Source: Chitinophagales bacterium (GTDB lineage Bacteria; Bacteroidota; Bacteroidia; Chitinophagales; CAVYQA01). From it: DNA of 64,000 nucleotides. The stretch lies in assembly GCA_963770495.1 (NCBI GenBank), contig CAVYQA010000030.1:23927-87926 (forward strand), in the 5' to 3' direction. The notes under the pieces are model-generated. The model had not been told where the DNA came from. It saw only the letters and a program-made list of their open reading frames with translations, and did no database searches. Made by a program: the position numbers and the translations under genes. This document shows, in pieces, positions 60,890 to 64,000 of this stretch (its first letter is position 1; each line of letters opens with the position of its first letter).

Positions 60890-61483
60890 ATGAAGTACCT
60901 GCTTTTAGTAGTATTTATTTTTCATACTATCTCTTTATATGCACAGGAAAAACCGGCGATAACCTTTCAGAAAAAAAGGCATCCAAAACATATGGTTACC
61001 TTCTCCCTACCTCAATACGTAAAATTTAAATTTAAAAAGGGAGAAAAAGAAAAAGGATTCCTGGCAAAATGCGAAGACTCCGTTCTTACTTTCGTTGTTT
61101 ATAATCATTATTATTATGATAATGACGGCAACCAACAAATGACCCATAACGGCTTTGGCGATGGTTCTTTATGGAATATGCGGGTAGGAGATTCGACGGT
61201 AACTAAAATACATTTTGACTCGGTAAGAGTCATACACTTTTCAAGAAATTTAAACAGGAATGGCGCTATTAGTATTGGTCCTGCCGCATTAACCTTAGCT
61301 GTACTTTATGCTGAGCTGCAGGTAGTGGAACCTTTATATAAGCTAAAAGAATCAAATCCTTCAAGTGTGGGCATAAACACTTTATATTATGTTGGACTCT
61401 GTGCCGATGCTTATTTAATTATAAAAACGTGGCGATATGTGTTTAAACCTATCAGGTCTCATAAGTGGAAAATTGTTTCTTAA
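60890..61483 (+). CDS. Hypothetical secreted/membrane protein
   Basis: Signal peptide MKYLLLVVFIFHTISLYAQ. I recognise no domain. Confidence 0.5.
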   Translation: MKYLLLVVFIFHTISLYAQEKPAITFQKKRHPKHMVTFSLPQYVKFKFKKGEKEKGFLAKCEDSVLTFVVYNHYYYDNDGNQQMTHNGFGDGSLWNMRVGDSTVTKIHFDSVRVIHFSRNLNRNGAISIGPAALTLAVLYAELQVVEPLYKLKESNPSSVGINTLYYVGLCADAYLIIKTWRYVFKPIRSHKWKIVS

Positions 61484-61486
61484 GGC

Positions 61487-61527
61487 TCCTCCTCTTCACA
61501 AACCTAGTCTTCGCGCTCGGTTTCAAG
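61487..61527 (-). repeat. Decayed duplicate of the czcD 3-prime end
   Basis: ctcctcctcttcacaaacctagtcttcgcgctcggtttcaag compared with 62027..62068, ctcttcctcttcacaaacctggtcttcgcgctcggtttcgag. There are 3 mismatches, one of which creates a stop. Confidence 0.8.
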
Positions 61528-61636
61528 GGGTTATTCTTTTAAAAACCTAAATCGTTTGTTAGACATTAAAACAATTTTTTGTTTACCATGTTTTCTTCTC
61601 GAACTTGTTCGGAATGGGTAATAGTAATGATAATAA

Positions 61637-61969
61637 TCAATCCTGTGTGATATGGAACCAAGTGTTAGTTGGAATCTCCTTTAATTCTTTAGGATATGTC
61701 TTTATTGAATATTTTTGATATGGCTCATCGGTTATAAGTGTATCTGCGTAATTTAAAAGAATAGTGTCATGATATCGAATATCATTTCCTGTCGCATATT
61801 CATATTTCGGTAAATAATAACCTGTCGTCTTGCAAACTTCAACTAATAAAAAATTACCGTTCGAGTCCAAAGTAATTGAAGAGGATAATATAGTATCCTT
61901 TTCATTACTATACAGATAAAATGTATCAGCAGGATTGTATAACATTAAAGAAAAGATAGACGATAACAT
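61637..61969 (-). CDS. Hypothetical protein (110 aa) between the two czcD 3-prime-end copies
   Basis: ORF-track entry only. I recognise no domain. Confidence 0.35.
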   Translation of the reverse strand: MLSSIFSLMLYNPADTFYLYSNEKDTILSSSITLDSNGNFLLVEVCKTTGYYLPKYEYATGNDIRYHDTILLNYADTLITDEPYQKYSIKTYPKELKEIPTNTWFHITQD

Positions 61970-62020
61970 ATTAATCTAAAATTTATTGAATAACTTTTAT
62001 TTTGTGAATCAAAATAGTTT

Positions 62021-62941
62021 TCAATGCTCTTCCTCTTCACAAACCTGGTCTTCGCGCTCGGTTTCGAGAGTGATGTGATGTATATTCTGATGCTCTAACC
62101 GGTGCTTAACCTCGTGTTTTATTTTTTCTTCCTGCTCAGAAGTTATATTGTTCGATAAAACCAAATGAGCCGTTAAGGCATTTTCCCTTGTGCTAAGCGC
62201 CCACACATGAATATGGTGAAGGTCTTTTACGCCTGCGACTTTAAGGGCGGCTGCTTTTAAATCGGTTACATCAATGTTATCGGGAACGCCGTCGAGGGAG
62301 AGGCGAAGGCTGTCTCTGAGCAACCGCCAGGTGCTGAACAAAATAACAATTACAATGACAATGCTCATCACAGGGTCTAACCAATACCACTTGAGATAAT
62401 ACATTACAATACCGCCTATAACAATAGCCAGCGACACAACGGCATCGCCCATTAAATGCAGGTAAGCTCCTTTTATGTTGATGTCTTTATTTTTGTCGCG
62501 GAAAAACAGCAGCCCCGATGTGGCATTAATAACAATGCCGATGGCGGCAACAATTGCAATGGTTATTCCCGGTATGGGTTGAGGATGTATCAACCGGCGC
62601 ACCGCCTCAATAGCAATTGCGCCAATGGAAACGAGCAACACCACTGCATTAAACAGGGCAACGAGAATGGAGGTTCTGCCATAGCCATAGGTATAATTCT
62701 CATTGGATTTAACTTTTAAAAGGCGGAAAGCAAACAAGGAAAGCACCAGTGCGCCCACATCGGCTAAATTGTGCCCTGCATCGGATAAGAGAGCCAATGA
62801 ATGAATGATGAGCCCGGCTATGGCTTCAATAACTACAAAAAGAAAGTTGAGCGAAATGCCGATAATAAAAGCCGTGTTTATATTAGCCGGCTCAATGGTG
62901 TGGGAATGGTGATGATGGGAATGAGAATGTGAATGTTCCAT
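62021..62941 (-). CDS. czcD: Cation diffusion facilitator family transporter (Zn/Co/Cd efflux)
   Basis: His-rich N-terminus MEHSHSHSHHHHSH, six TM segments and a CDF pattern ...LLSDAGHNLADV...HLMGDA... Confidence 0.88.
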   Translation of the reverse strand: MEHSHSHSHHHHSHTIEPANINTAFIIGISLNFLFVVIEAIAGLIIHSLALLSDAGHNLADVGALVLSLFAFRLLKVKSNENYTYGYGRTSILVALFNAVVLLVSIGAIAIEAVRRLIHPQPIPGITIAIVAAIGIVINATSGLLFFRDKNKDINIKGAYLHLMGDAVVSLAIVIGGIVMYYLKWYWLDPVMSIVIVIVILFSTWRLLRDSLRLSLDGVPDNIDVTDLKAAALKVAGVKDLHHIHVWALSTRENALTAHLVLSNNITSEQEEKIKHEVKHRLEHQNIHHITLETEREDQVCEEEEH

Positions 62942-62955
62942 TTTAGGATAACGAC

Positions 62956-63378
62956 TCAGTTTGAATTTAATTTAAACCAAACAGGCAAAAAACATCTTAC
63001 CTTTACTGACTTACCATTTTTTTTACCCGGTATCCATTTTGGCATTGAATTTACAAGACGAACAGCTTCTTCTCCAAATCCATTCCCTATTTCATTTACT
63101 AAAATCGGATTGTATATAGTACCATCTTCATTCACAACAAATGTGACATATACTTTGCCTTCAATTCCTTTTTTCTTTGCTGCTTTAGGATAGCGAAGAT
63201 GTTTCGTAATAAAGTTATGTAAGGCAATGTCCCCGCCAGTAAATTTAGGCATTTGGTCTACGGTATCATATACCCCATTCACAGAATCGGTTTTTTGTAT
63301 ATTATTCATTGGTATCTTCGTTTGCGCAAAACATGCCGTTGATGTTAGCAGCAAAATAACAATAAGAAATTTTTTCAT
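62956..63378 (-). CDS. TonB C-terminal domain protein
   Basis: ...PKFTGGDIALHNFITKHLRYPKAAKKKGIEGKVYVTFVVNEDGTI... Confidence 0.85.
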   Translation of the reverse strand: MKKFLIVILLLTSTACFAQTKIPMNNIQKTDSVNGVYDTVDQMPKFTGGDIALHNFITKHLRYPKAAKKKGIEGKVYVTFVVNEDGTIYNPILVNEIGNGFGEEAVRLVNSMPKWIPGKKNGKSVKVRCFLPVWFKLNSN

Positions 63379-63476
63379 ATAAAAGCTATTTGTCGGTTAA
63401 TTTAACAATATCCTCAATACCTATTTAAGATTTGGTGTCTTAATTTATACTATTTGTGTAATTAAAAATCTTATTT

Positions 63477-63532
63477 AACCACCCCGGCTGCCCTTATGAC
63501 TCTGCCCCCTCCTTGAAAAAAGGAGGGGAATA
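63477..63532 (+). repeat. Family-A hairpin repeat, copy A3
   Basis: aaccaccccggctgcccttatgactctgccccctccttgaaaaaaggaggggaata. Confidence 0.8.
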
Positions 63533-63644
63533 ACTGTTCAATAAAGCATCTGCTGTCTACAAAGATAGAATCATTTATGCATCATTTAAATAACGAAGCA
63601 TCGTGAATAGTATTATTATTCTTATTTTTACTACAAGATAAAAA

Positions 63645-64000
63645 ATGGAAATTACAGAGGGGATACAACAGCTACTTTACCGGCACGACATGGTGATTGT
63701 TCCGGGATTCGGCAGGTTTAAGTGTACTTACCGTTCAGCAGGCATTCATCCCACGCAGCATGTATTTGCGCCGCCTCATAAAGCCATACTATTTGAAGAA
63801 ACCGATGATGATGACGGCTTGCTTTCAAATTACCTGTCCGAAAAGAATAATCTCCCTCCCGGGACAATTGCAAACATTATTTTTAAATTCGTGAATGAGT
63901 TGGAGCAGAATCTTGAAAAAGCGGGCGAGGCAGCCATTGCCGGCATCGGCACGTTTAAATATGACATTGAAAAACAACTGCATTTTATGCAGGATGAGAC
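63645..64000 (+). CDS. HU-like (HU-CCDC81-type) N-terminal domain protein, probably SPOR-domain family; runs off the window end
   Basis: My translation from the ATG at 63645 gives MEITEGIQQLLYRHDMVIVPGFGRFKCTYRSAGIHPTQHVFAPPHKAILFEE... It has no stop in the window, so it is absent from the ORF track. Confidence 0.55.
   Translation, partial: MEITEGIQQLLYRHDMVIVPGFGRFKCTYRSAGIHPTQHVFAPPHKAILFEETDDDDGLLSNYLSEKNNLPPGTIANIIFKFVNELEQNLEKAGEAAIAGIGTFKYDIEKQLHFMQDE

Overview
This is a 64-kb chromosomal window from a Bacteroidota-type genome. The evidence is T9SS C-terminal sorting domains, gldH, holB-PSP1-gldH synteny, TAnnTTTG -7 boxes close to start codons, and an RF2 programmed frameshift. Most of the window is housekeeping: purT, asd, holB, gldH, prfB, eno, carA, lnt, rsmI, purS, pssA, smc, peptidases and a CDF transporter. 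There are two accessory patches. (i) 32.4-40.3 kb is a visibly AT-rich defence/mobile islet. It holds an orphan DUF2283 gene, a 1071-aa single-chain type IIG-like nuclease-methyltransferase coupled to an unknown 97-aa ORF, and an IS110-family element inserted in the loop of a hairpin repeat. The IS carries a candidate bridge-RNA region. The islet also holds a decayed RelE/ParE module and a PIN gene with a downstream partner. (ii) 43.7-50.6 kb holds an HdeD-like protein, an orphan terS/terL pair, two GloVer-repeat T9SS paralogues and a DUF4160/DUF2442 pair. Non-coding DNA is saturated with several families of short hairpin repeats. Some have conserved flanks and covarying stems, and one copy sits in-frame inside a CDS. 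No tRNA, rRNA or CRISPR array was found. At least nine unprogrammed single-nucleotide frame breaks occur, including in prfB and pssA, so many are probably consensus errors rather than biology. I found no clearly new multi-gene system. The best candidates for follow-up are the type IIG-like gene plus 97-aa ORF and the IS110/hairpin/bridge-RNA locus.
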